Shown: piece by piece, positions 9,601 through 17,964 of the stretch
Layout: each line of letters opens with the position of its first letter
Position numbering within the stretch: position 1 is the first letter of the stretch
Program-made: the position numbers and the translations under genes
Assembly: GCA_032718475.1 (NCBI GenBank)
Contig: JAUCBJ010004851.1
Location: forward strand, 1 to 64,000
Reading direction: 5' to 3'
From: Nemertoderma westbladi
Taxonomy: Eukaryota > Animalia > Xenacoelomorpha
DNA: 64,000 bases
Notes under the pieces: model-generated
Databases searched by the model: none
The model's input: only the letters and a program-made list of their open reading frames with translations
Told to the model about the DNA's origin: nothing

Positions 9601-10634
9601 GGTCTCATACCTTTTATACTTGCTGGAGATTTATGGCTCAGTGTACTTACTGCAATATAAAGGGACATCGAGCATCTGAATGCCAACTGAGAGACATACC
9701 TTATGAACACGAATCTGTAAAACTCGTGAGGAAGTTATTTGATGAGTGGGAAGATTTGGCCGACGAACATGTATCGGCACAGAGAAGACGGTTTCCGATG
9801 AGAGCGCATCTCGGATTTTGGGCGGTAAATCCTCAAACGATGATGTCGGAAGGATATATCTCCGCTATGCCCCAATATGACGAACTTATCGAGGTTGTTG
9901 ATATTTTGCCCCACGACAGCGGATTCCGAGTAGTGCGCGAGTATCTGTTACAGATTCACCCGGATAACAAAAACACGTGGAATTTTCAGAAAGTCGTAAA
10001 TCGTATCACGTATGGTGAATTTGATCGTTTCCGAACCGAAAAGCGGAATAAAGGAGCTTGGTTAACCGTCGCATGGGCGTACCGAGCCGCGTTTTACCAT
10101 AAACGTATACGAGCGAGCGTATTCGAGGAAGAAGAGGTCCTAGAGGCGACGAATATATCAGCCACTCCGGTTGCGCCGTCTGCACGTCACCCTCGGGAGG
10201 ACGGGCAGGGTAGGATCATACGGGTCCAGAAAGTGGGCCAACAATTGAAGAAAATTATTAATGTGGAAGAACGCAAGGGAGTTGAGCCGACTATTCGAGT
10301 TACTCGGGATACGGTATCACTTCCAAGAGAACCGGTAGGAGGATCGGGACATACACCAGCTGATCAACAGGGGGCGCAAGCTACTCTCGGGTCTGCATCG
10401 TCCGCTTCTCACGCGTTCCCAGACGTTCTACCAACTGTAGTGACAACTGATCGGTCACGAGGAATTGGTCGAGGTTTTGGGATGCCAAATAGACGAATTT
10501 GCGAGGAAATAGTTGCACCGTCTCTCAACGTCCCAAGTAAACCAGTGACTCGCCCCATTAGTCCCATATCGCGAGCAAAGTCACCTGTGCGCAGTTTTCG
10601 AGGACGCGGCAGGGCTCGATCTACTAAGCGATAA
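3624..10634 (+). CDS. gag: 2336-aa polyprotein: coiled coil, BEL/Pao Gag (DUF1759-like) with zinc knuckles, truncated aspartic protease, DEDDy 3'-5' exonuclease-like domain, three CCHC knuckles, basic tail
   Basis: Gag: PPKFSGSSKHWHTF...EKFNYLLQTLSGEPK...AYDRLTSIYG; CWRCTQHGHVRKDC...CPSCGRNHDGLLH. Protease start: IPIKV...IYAILDSASS. Exonuclease motifs: FYDNEG, IQIRA, LPKMVRNMILDKTVVKVGSGVRED, YVDTR, YYLAIE. Knuckles: CSKCGVAGHHMAKC, CGWCGDQGSHTFYTC, CTYCNIKGHRASEC. No YxDD or integrase motifs. Confidence 0.88.
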   Translation: MSDKQDYTKNTQTDYDSCDADKSAAEEPQGKTREPTEPTPCASPVHPTGVPDAVVRGDGRTEDFLTVPQPRYRETELVSSAGSTESVVRSVGGYMAHITRSIGEGQRILDGLTAPMSRFEFYTLQVRVQSKVYKSVDNLVGLQDLARQRQDMDTQLRILEKLMITREKLIQFKSTIRQIQQEQADQLLGESVSDELLQPEEEQELYRLDGQLKHLTDHLRMCGEDVGDLETVPEYTRETSFAQIESAPGILNQSLVSIRSEICEGSIVTSEVARQQQQFYRQQHEIEEQAQLLMIQTAVEEEKIRVANVARISHLQEQAELEAAEMERLELDIAQQAATAELAQRTATAELERQTAAAAAAAELERQTAAAELERQTAAAELERQTAAAELERQRVVSEARVEMKTRQIKAQQAIRQAEFEAQQQQTEQREKEVKLRFELENRARELAETKENLDLLARDRSMRSRDGHDLDQLEVRHRQIQERKKEGSVGAPGRERQLVKDVCQRFPQVTHMFAPVTTKEPVSIAGSSDISPIHGATEHRFVIPNEFIPPRATSSPIPRVKVSNPPITDRSSLLTGPALLTTKQVSPPLTPKPVTHYAYPMTFRPTRPAVSNAVIRPPVQFTSQSTTSRKTCEPTEQRRTVETRPFNQFTSQSTTSRKTCEPTEQRRSVDDVPKRTVRIRTTQRTRARRPPYPDDSSTSSESDYPKREVFRTGAADEYKRERSDNSFADNPPQNTPTQKALPPAGAIGAQQFADIVNKLARIEERLEEGYTDSSRNSEFEHNRHPKGPQRPVPSNPTSYQGKAPRRENINQTTNQGRETLNVAEEIAKFAARQGLPVQQPPKFSGSSKHWHTFVDYIESQIAVCAFTSREKFNYLLQTLSGEPKRLAETFVGVPDAFELAYDRLTSIYGGTVSMARSVIEELCKGGAITKPVDLLKLADEIKNAITTLRSIGQLDYGNTPTVLLKIIGRLHHRLRREWRKVEYQREERGGFLKLEDVYLLISREAVVETRSNYTDQHIVAEGITLPSSNRQKPQTTSTKTATYATPTESRQFSDGNRVSAPIGTKQTRQQLSTDFNGCQYCEHLGKRYIGHKLRGCRQFRELNSEERRLQIRPLDSCWRCTQHGHVRKDCPNTDTCPSCGRNHDGLLHTDSHTPTKRFAREHPEAAARCEAAYRKRESKTTPTFVTHIEDCFSEQSGSSDEESDDDEYSNGDEQPSIALLTTDQLKGFSVIPIKVTGTKGSKRIYAILDSASSHSEDKNKENPEPILARCSNHQQLRYQEGGYPLSNPYHSFAMTGPKAGETVIYPPKVVEPDVFELTLDEANQSTREKKEALSLYRAYKAFEKGEMEEWGGRLASLPCHWTSHDQTSAKEMTPEVFESINFAQNVIQRLQIASPERPREMQPYSTSATKPLSTTLNFPISIPVRQDTTYEIPIVDHPEIISNLEFLPAVVFSDMSKIYDLRRHITQKVVNNVPPHIQDFKELDRAGADIAPSNLKGYLTKTIRLWIGIGTFESDTDIAADWRGKVIRFDEDKDIEKIWQPSEELLDEWTRTFRSFQENGYMFYDNEGGSHQQSLTSKTIQIRAADGVLHVFSRQRSDKRMPIPPANTKRHHLITDIVKKMDQACNIDARMLPKMVRNMILDKTVVKVGSGVREDLISDFAGMTDSDDRLPTPYVDTRPLILWSIEQGYFREYNTQKTGTGYISYLLFNWDYKEGKRNKYIETYGEGDTPDMSEFESQLKWRGCVYWAITSPPRAVLQYYLAIESSVNVCLIADIVSRTLKRHPLCLGEDHTFYMEGRIRTDVFRRFLEPFYNSDAQCNAFTRAGFSIFRDVYLRCAGSLIERPSMFTLLPYEGERIVEITDESRQTRAPIGHLGDDFNVTTTIADDPLEELLEIERNLPKKSQTEIRQLEATDAIVCIQPSETYQPIDPDDYDYSMGGSARPIGDLIYERVWYPANTMCSKCGVAGHHMAKCSGKHITTTQLICGWCGDQGSHTFYTCWRFMAQCTYCNIKGHRASECQLRDIPYEHESVKLVRKLFDEWEDLADEHVSAQRRRFPMRAHLGFWAVNPQTMMSEGYISAMPQYDELIEVVDILPHDSGFRVVREYLLQIHPDNKNTWNFQKVVNRITYGEFDRFRTEKRNKGAWLTVAWAYRAAFYHKRIRASVFEEEEVLEATNISATPVAPSARHPREDGQGRIIRVQKVGQQLKKIINVEERKGVEPTIRVTRDTVSLPREPVGGSGHTPADQQGAQATLGSASSASHAFPDVLPTVVTTDRSRGIGRGFGMPNRRICEEIVAPSLNVPSKPVTRPISPISRAKSPVRSFRGRGRARSTKR

Positions 10635-11471
10635 AAGGGAGGGCAAGGGTGGACGGAAGACTCGTGAGCCTTTCTTATGATTTGTGATTTATTTGAATTA
10701 TATGTTTTATATTTAGAAAGTTTTTGCTTATTCCAAACTTATGCAATTTGTATTGTTCCGAATTTATGAAATTTAGAAAGTTTAGAAGGAACTTATATTT
10801 GAAAGATTTATGTTTCATGTTTGAGATGCAAAGGTTTATATTATTCTAAACTTATGCAGTTTATATTTATATTTAAGTAAAGACTTATATTTAGTAAGAT
10901 TTATATTTAGTAAGAATTTATATTTTATATTTACGTGATTATTTCGAACTTATGCAATTTATATCGTTCCGAATACTATATTTTATAAGCAGTATTTGTA
11001 TTTACAGTGTAAAAGAGAAAGTTTTATAGACAGAAAATTTTGTGCTCAGAAAGACTCATATTTGTAATTATTCCAAACTTATGCAATCTACATTTAGGTA
11101 CGAAAGTATTTGTAATTACTTGAATTTATGCAATATTTGAGATGCAATAGTAGATGGAAGACTTGCGAGCCTTTCTTATTGTTTTCATTTATTTGTATTT
11201 GTAATTGTTTGAATTTATGCAATATTTGAGATGCAATAGATTTATATTGGTGAATTTAATTTAGATTTATATTGTACTTACTTAGTAAAGCCATAAATAC
11301 GTAAAGTTTGAATTTGTAATTATTTTGTATCGAATCATTACGTAGAAAGGAAGTATTGTTTGAAACTTAATTGTAAATATGTAAGTACGCCCTAAGTATT
11401 CTATAGTTTGATTGATTATTGGTGAAAACCGTATATTTTATGCACGATAATATCCTGTTTTCATGGAGCGG

Positions 11472-13382
11472 TATAGAATTATATTCCCTAAATGCCGTGG
11501 ATTTTCAAAATTTTATTTTATTCGAATTAACTTTGTAAAGATTGCTTTGAGTTCTCATTAGTATTGGTTCTATCTATTATGCATCTATCGGTCAAGTGGT
11601 TCAGTAGCTCAGTTGGTAGAGCGTTGGAAATTATAAGTATAGTAGGTATCGAGTTCAAATCCTAGTAAGTGCGAATTATTTTTTGTGTAGAATTTCAACT
11701 CATTTAAATTAACCGCTACAAATTAATTGCATTTGTCTGTACCAATAAGGCTGTAGTTATTTGATTGTAACCAATGTCGTGCAAGTTATATATTAGCTGG
11801 ACCAATAGCTATCTTTAAAACCTTGTTAGAATCTATAGAACAATCGAGAATTTTCTCGATTGATTGCGGCACAAATTTAGTATATAAAGGTGCGATTCGT
11901 TCATTAGTTATTCAATCTTTCCATCATTCACTTTCTGTCTTATTTCAGATTACATTGTTTATTGTATAATAGTTATTATATGTTTTGTAATAAAGTCAGA
12001 AATACTAGTCACATCTCTCAGCCTTTCTATCTGTTTTAATATGGTTTCACTACGGTGAACAAACTCAGGGACAGGATGGCCAGCTAGAGATCGGGCCACA
12101 GCAATGAACGGGAACATCACGGGAATGTAGACGAGAGACAACCCGCAATACCATCTAGTGTTATTCGCCCATCGCCTGAAAGGTTAGACAGCGTTCGATC
12201 CTTGCTACCTAAGTGTAAGACCAAAAGATCAAAGGTAGACGTAGTGACACGCTGTGAGCCCAAAATTACATCATAGGGACTGTACTGTCTTGATTCAGGG
12301 AAAACCGCAGTAGACCTTCATATTCCTACGGGGGGGAGAGGGAGAAGAGAGCAGATACTAGTACGCAGATAGGACGTAGGCACACCGGTACAAGGCATAC
12401 ACATTGGTTAGGGTGCAGCAAACTGTACGCTTAACTCTTGCTAAGTACAGGTGTGTGTGCGACTATTTGCAGTACGACCGTGTCTATTACATCAGAACTT
12501 GTAGGCTAGGGGGTTGCTGTGTTTTCACCTGAATTGGGATTGTACCGTTCAGGCGGTAGGGCAGTTTACGCTAGGCGCAAATAAATTGAGGCTATCAGGG
12601 ATATACTAACATCTACCGTGTCCCCGCCAACGCCCTAATAGGAAGTTACCCGGACTACCTGGGTGACTAAAATTCTAGATAGGAGCCAGGATAGCTATTA
12701 GTACCCGTACGCCTACAGTAGTAAACTAACACATCTCTTCTCAGTATTAGGGACCTGGTACCTAAAATTGCCGAATTCTGGGCGTAGTATTAACCTTATG
12801 CCTGAATTTGAGTCCTGGAAATACGCAAGAGGGGAAGGAACCTTATCATTCGTGAGTATTGGACCTACAAGTTATAAAATTAGAATATTCGTAAAATGCA
12901 CACCGTACCCAGTAATTATATATGTGAAGGAGCAAAACTGCTTTGACCGTTCAGAATTAACACACGCGCGTTAGAAATTATTTACACCTCGAAATATATA
13001 AAATTAACTTTCGTCCTTACTGCACTTTGCTCGCTAGTTAGCCATCTCCAAATCTGCTCTATACCTAGCTAGCGTCCCTTTGCCCAACCATATAAATCAC
13101 ACCGCGGCAAAGTATACGAGCCTCTTAGTCCGTCAGTGAGTCAGCCTGATTTTAGGATTCGCTGCGCGGGATTTTGTTTTATCGAAGTTTGTCTGCTCGT
13201 AGACTGTTTTCTGCCTCACCGGTTAAAAGAGATCGATACTGCAATATATTCGCTTACTTGGGGTTTACTGTTTTGGTGAGAAGGTCGGATTTATGATTTG
13301 ATTTACAAACTTTACAGTAGGATATTGCAGGTATTGTTACCGTCTCTTCCGATAGTAGGAATAGGCGTATCTCTCCAATTTA
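11472..13382 (+). repeat. 3' LTR of element A (1911 bp)
   Basis: Direct repeat of 908-2815, followed by TSD CGAAG. Confidence 0.95.
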
Positions 13383-13789
13383 CGAAGAGTAACCGTGGTG
13401 AGTTGGCGATCGATTCGATATAATAGGGTAGTGTGGGGCTAGCCACACGATGAGAGGTTTGGGTACGCGAAGATGAATATGCTATGGTTGGTTGATGCAA
13501 CGACACGAACCAATACTGACGGGAGGTAACAGCTGTAGGAGTAAGGAGGGCATCGTGAGGTTAGGCTACGCGTAGGTGATAGGCGCGATTGGCTGAAGGC
13601 AACGACGCGAATCAATATTGATGGTGACAGATGGTCATTAAACACCTCGATTTAGCACCGGAATTTGGCATTTTTTAATTGCCTCCGAGATGTGGCCCGT
13701 AGCCCAGGCTAGGGAGGAGTTATTGGAGGGCTATGCTTCTCCTACTACTTATATAATAAATAAACTATATATATAATAAACTAGATAAA

Positions 13790-15110
13790 TCTGTTCTCAA
13801 AAACTATCGTGCAGTGACAATTATTCCGACGGTAGCAAAACTATGGGAGCACATAATCCTACCATATTTGAATCTTGCATCTACTGATTATCAGCTGAGT
13901 TACAAATCTAAATGCGGCACAGAAATGACATATATAACAGTGAACAGTCTGATCGACTATTTTCACAAGGGGCAGTCAGATATGCACATCCTGTCAATTG
14001 ATCTGAGCTCAGCGTTTGATTGCATCAATCATAAGAAGTTGTTTTCGATGTTACATGATCAAAATGTGGAACTGAACTTATTACATTCATTAGAATCCTA
14101 CTATAGTAAAGGCAACGCTGTTTTATGTTGCAGTGGATATACTTATGTAGAGCGTATCTTGCTGGAGAAGGGTGTTCGTCAGGGAGGAGTACTATCCCCT
14201 TATTTATTTAACTTCTACCTGGCCAAACTATTCCTAGAAATAGAACTAAGAGGTTATGGTATACATGTAGGTAAGCAATCATTTGGTGGGATCTGTTATG
14301 GCGATGATATTATTCTGCTGGCCAATTTGAAGTCAGATCTTGAGGCCTTAACTGCATTGAGTTGCAATTATTTCAATAGCCACAACTTGGTGATAAATTG
14401 GAAGAAATGTCATTACATGACTCGCAACATTTCAAATGTGGAGTCAAATAGTCTGCTGGAAATAAAGGAAGAAGGAGTAACTCTTACCTCTGAACTAACA
14501 TGTAGTTACCTAGGACTACCTTTACCACCCACTAAAGGGAATCTTATTAAACACTTCAATAGTCGAATCTGGACCAATGTTAGCCGAATGGAAAGCCGAA
14601 GCCGAATCTCTATGGCAACGCAATGCTGTCGGAGGACGAGGGTAAAATAATATCATGCAGCTTAATGAAAGCCTTAAGACAGATTACTAGAGTGGGAAAC
14701 TATGTCTCGAAGATAACACTATGCAAGTTATTCAATATCTCATCAATTAAAACAATTCTACAATGCTCGAAACTATTTAACTATTTAACAGCATATTTAA
14801 TTGCGGCAATCCAAAAATATTATATCTTTTTAATTATGTGCTTGGACAACACCTTACAGGTCAAACATCCGTGAAGCTGTTCACAGAATATCAAAAGGCT
14901 GCTTGGGAGTTAAACTTTCCTTCACTTAGCAGCATTAGTGTCCATCAATATGGTATTAAAAGCATGACAAGAGAGCACCTGAGAAATTTTGACCATATCT
15001 CACTAAGGCGGATGTTTAAATATCTATTTATTAGATCCGTGCTGAACTGCAATAGAGGGTCCTTTGATGCAAAGCGAGAGGTTGTGCTAGATTTTTACAA
15101 TGTTCAGTAA
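13790..15110 (+). pseudogene. 5'-truncated, frameshifted non-LTR (LINE) reverse transcriptase fragment
   Basis: NYRAVTIIP...SIDLSSAFDCINH...GVRQGGVLSPYLFNFY...CYGDDIILL; continuation in shifted frames (14623, 14838). Confidence 0.85.
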
Positions 15111-15621
15111 AAGTGTCATATTTTGTGTATAACACTTAGAAAGGTCGGACCATTTTACACCCGATCACTTTAAACGCCCGACCATTTGATGTCAATAGGT
15201 GTATTATTCATCGCGTTAATGCAGCTCTATCATCTTAAGGTGCTTTTATTATGTATCTCGGTTATTGATATGTATCTCGGTGTATTATGTACTATCAAAT
15301 CTGACCATCCTTTGTCCGACCATTTTATATGTCATATATGTCATTTTATATGTTTATAATTCTAACTGTCATTTTTTAACGAATGTCTAACATAAACCCA
15401 ACGTTAGATTAACGTTGGTGGTTTGCAGGGACATTATAAACTGATAAATGTGAAAGGTACAGTAAAGCCTGTTTGGCCTATTAATTATTTGAAATATATT
15501 TCGATAACTATTTAAAAGGTAGGCTACAGTATCGGTACTGAAGTTAGTTAATTAATTACCATCATTATGTCATCACAAGATCAGTACCTAATGTAGTATA
15601 ATACAGTATTATTCTTTTTAA

Positions 15622-16392
15622 GGGGGGACTCCCCCCCCCCCCCCCCCCATGAACACTTTTTTAAAATGTTTACAATTTCTACTGAAATTAAAATATTTTG
15701 ATTTTATACAGTATGGGATGTTAAAATATGGCTAAACATTTGTTTTTCGAAAAATTTTCAAATTTCAAGTCGCCTTCTAGCGGCCATTGAATGAAACAAT
15801 ATTTGCGGTTAAAATGCTACTAGTCATTCAATTTTAGGTGAAATTAAAACTTTGATTTAGCCATTTCTTAAAATTAATTAATATTTGGCAAAATTTAAAC
15901 AAATTTTTGGCTTTAATCTGAAAAATTGGCTGTAAAAACAGAAATATGAACTAATAACTTTTAAAGAACAGCCGAATCCCTTTCGAATGAGCCAATAATA
16001 AAAAAATTGGTTAAAAAATGGCGGAGGGGTAGTAATTTTAAAAATGAAAAATGTCATTCCAAGATAATTATGACTTCAAAGTTTTGGTCTGGTTGGTTAA
16101 TCATTTCTGGCATGATAGAAGCGCATCACCGGTGTAAAACTGTCATTATGAGGGTTTTCGGGGTCGCTGATTTCATTTCAGTGGAATCTAGTCTGCCTGT
16201 CTGTTTTGCCAGTCTGTTTTACAATTTGACAGACAGACCATCATACAGAAAAACAGCGATAACTCGAGAAATAAAAGAGGTTTAGCTAAGCCGTTTTCAG
16301 ATTTGAAAACCTCATTAAATTCTGCTATAGATTAAATCAAAAAACACGATTTGAAATTATGACATGGGGGGGGGGGGGGTGGTACTCCCCCC
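15622..16392. mobile_element. Non-autonomous TIR element with TTAA target duplication (Kolobok-like ends)
   Basis: TTAA|GGGGGGA...polyC-CATG at left and CATG-polyG...TCCCCCC|TTAA at right; no transposase ORF. Confidence 0.65.
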
Positions 16393-16801
16393 TTAAGGAA
16401 TAGTAGGCTTTGGGTACATACTGTACAATACAGCAATACTGCAAAGTACTGCTGTATACTGATACAGGTACAATACTGGTTGTCTAAGAGAACAGCAGTA
16501 TAGCTGTATAGATACAGGTGGCATGAAACCTAATCGTAAATTTCCGGAGGACATAAAACAGTAAAAAGTCAAAATCAGAGGACATAATGAGTGATTTCAA
16601 CGAACAAGAAAAATTATTGTGTATTTTTAGTAACGATTTATAAAATACACAGCGCGGGAAATTCAAAGTTACAGTAGTTTAAGCTGGTGTCAGCTGTCAG
16701 CATCTTCCAATAGGCGGATTACAGTTATAGAGGCAATACATAACTTCAGTACCGGTACTTCCATCTGTGTAGCATGGCGGTAGCCATGCGGTAGCCATTA
16801 A

Positions 16802-17929
16802 ATGAATTCCAGAATACCTAGATCAGAGGGGGTGTCATGCTGTCATATGGATACTGATGGAGGCGGAGGGTCTGACTCTTCCATGGCGACGAAAGAAGGT
16901 CGCGACCCCCTTATCCCTCACATCCAATGCCAATCCAGCCAATCATGTACTCCATCTATATCAATGTTAACGAAACACTTCCTTTCTATGAGGCCGTTGT
17001 CGGTAATATTTAAAGAAGTCATCAATATCCATAGCAACGGCGACGCATCGGCACAGGACACTATACTGAAACTAACGGTGGACCACCCAATAGCGAAGGA
17101 ATTCCCACCCTCGAGAACTTATCTTATAAACTTCCTCAAGTTTCTCATTAATAATGTTACCGAAGTTAGCGACATGGTGTATGAAAGATTCTCTCCGCTT
17201 ATGGCTCAACCCGATTCGCAGACCAACTGCTTCCGGACTTACGTTTTACCCTGCGACTGCTGCGTGACTATTCGCGAGAACGTTGTCACCCTATCTGGGG
17301 GAACTACCGGTTTGGTTAGCTGGCCAGCGGGTTTCTCGCTGACGGAATGGTTGAGTGCACGACTCCATCTTACGGACGGTAAACGAATCCTAGAGTTGGG
17401 ATGCGGCGCGGGTTTGTCCGGTATAATTACGTGTATGACGTCACTTCCTGCGGGGTACACGTTTACGGACGCGAGCGTAAACGTTCTGGACAATTTACGC
17501 GAGAATATTCGCATTAACTGCCTCAACTCAAAGTCTTCTCATTGCAAACAGAATCATCAGCTTCAAAAGGATTACATTAGAGTGCAGCCCCTTGATTGGA
17601 GTTTGTCTAATTGCGATCAAGCGGTTGACAGAGATGTATACGATATTATTGTCGCCGCTGATGTGACCTTTGACCCCGAGAGTCTACCAGGTCTAGTTAA
17701 CCTACTCCATTATCTGTTATCAACCAGCAACTCAGCCAATCCATCTCGCTGCGCTTATATTTCTTGCACTATTAGAAATCCAACTACTCATACATTGTTT
17801 ACTCAGTTGCTGGACAACGCCGGTCTTATTACTGTTTACGAAAACATTGACAGACCCGAGTTGTTCTATTACGACAGGAATCAACAATTTGCTGTCCTTA
17901 ACATAAAAATGAGCTTCCCTTTCAAATAA
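16802..17929 (+). CDS. EEF2KMT: Protein-lysine N-methyltransferase EEF2KMT/FAM86A-like, intronless
   Basis: FAM86-type N-terminus (HPIAKEFPPSRTYLINFLKFLI), GTTGLVSWPAG, SAM motif I ILELGCGAGLSG, YTFTD, DIIVAADVTFD, CTIRNPTT. The true start may be a downstream Met. Confidence 0.88.
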   Translation: MNSRIPRSEGVSCCHMDTDGGGGSDSSMATKEGRDPLIPHIQCQSSQSCTPSISMLTKHFLSMRPLSVIFKEVINIHSNGDASAQDTILKLTVDHPIAKEFPPSRTYLINFLKFLINNVTEVSDMVYERFSPLMAQPDSQTNCFRTYVLPCDCCVTIRENVVTLSGGTTGLVSWPAGFSLTEWLSARLHLTDGKRILELGCGAGLSGIITCMTSLPAGYTFTDASVNVLDNLRENIRINCLNSKSSHCKQNHQLQKDYIRVQPLDWSLSNCDQAVDRDVYDIIVAADVTFDPESLPGLVNLLHYLLSTSNSANPSRCAYISCTIRNPTTHTLFTQLLDNAGLITVYENIDRPELFYYDRNQQFAVLNIKMSFPFK

Positions 17930-17964
17930 TATTTCTGCAAATTTTGTTATTCTGTATATATATA

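Larger units (their letters stand above)
908..13382 (+). mobile_element. Element A: non-autonomous BEL/Pao-type LTR retrotransposon (Gag-exonuclease fusion; no RT/RNase H/IN)
   Basis: Two ~1.9-kb direct repeats, 5-bp TSD CGAAG (903-907, 13383-13387), BEL/Pao-type Gag, and a short purine tract ATGGAGCGG before the 3' LTR. Confidence 0.93.

Noticed and set aside
7389-10634. env-like gene in the accessory position
   Set aside because: No signal peptide, transmembrane segment or fusion-protein cysteine pattern; the motifs fit a nuclease plus zinc knuckles.
908-13382. Segmental duplication or a domesticated host gene flanked by repeats
   Set aside because: The 5-bp TSD, PPT, BEL/Pao Gag and near-identical terminal repeats indicate a recent retrotransposition.
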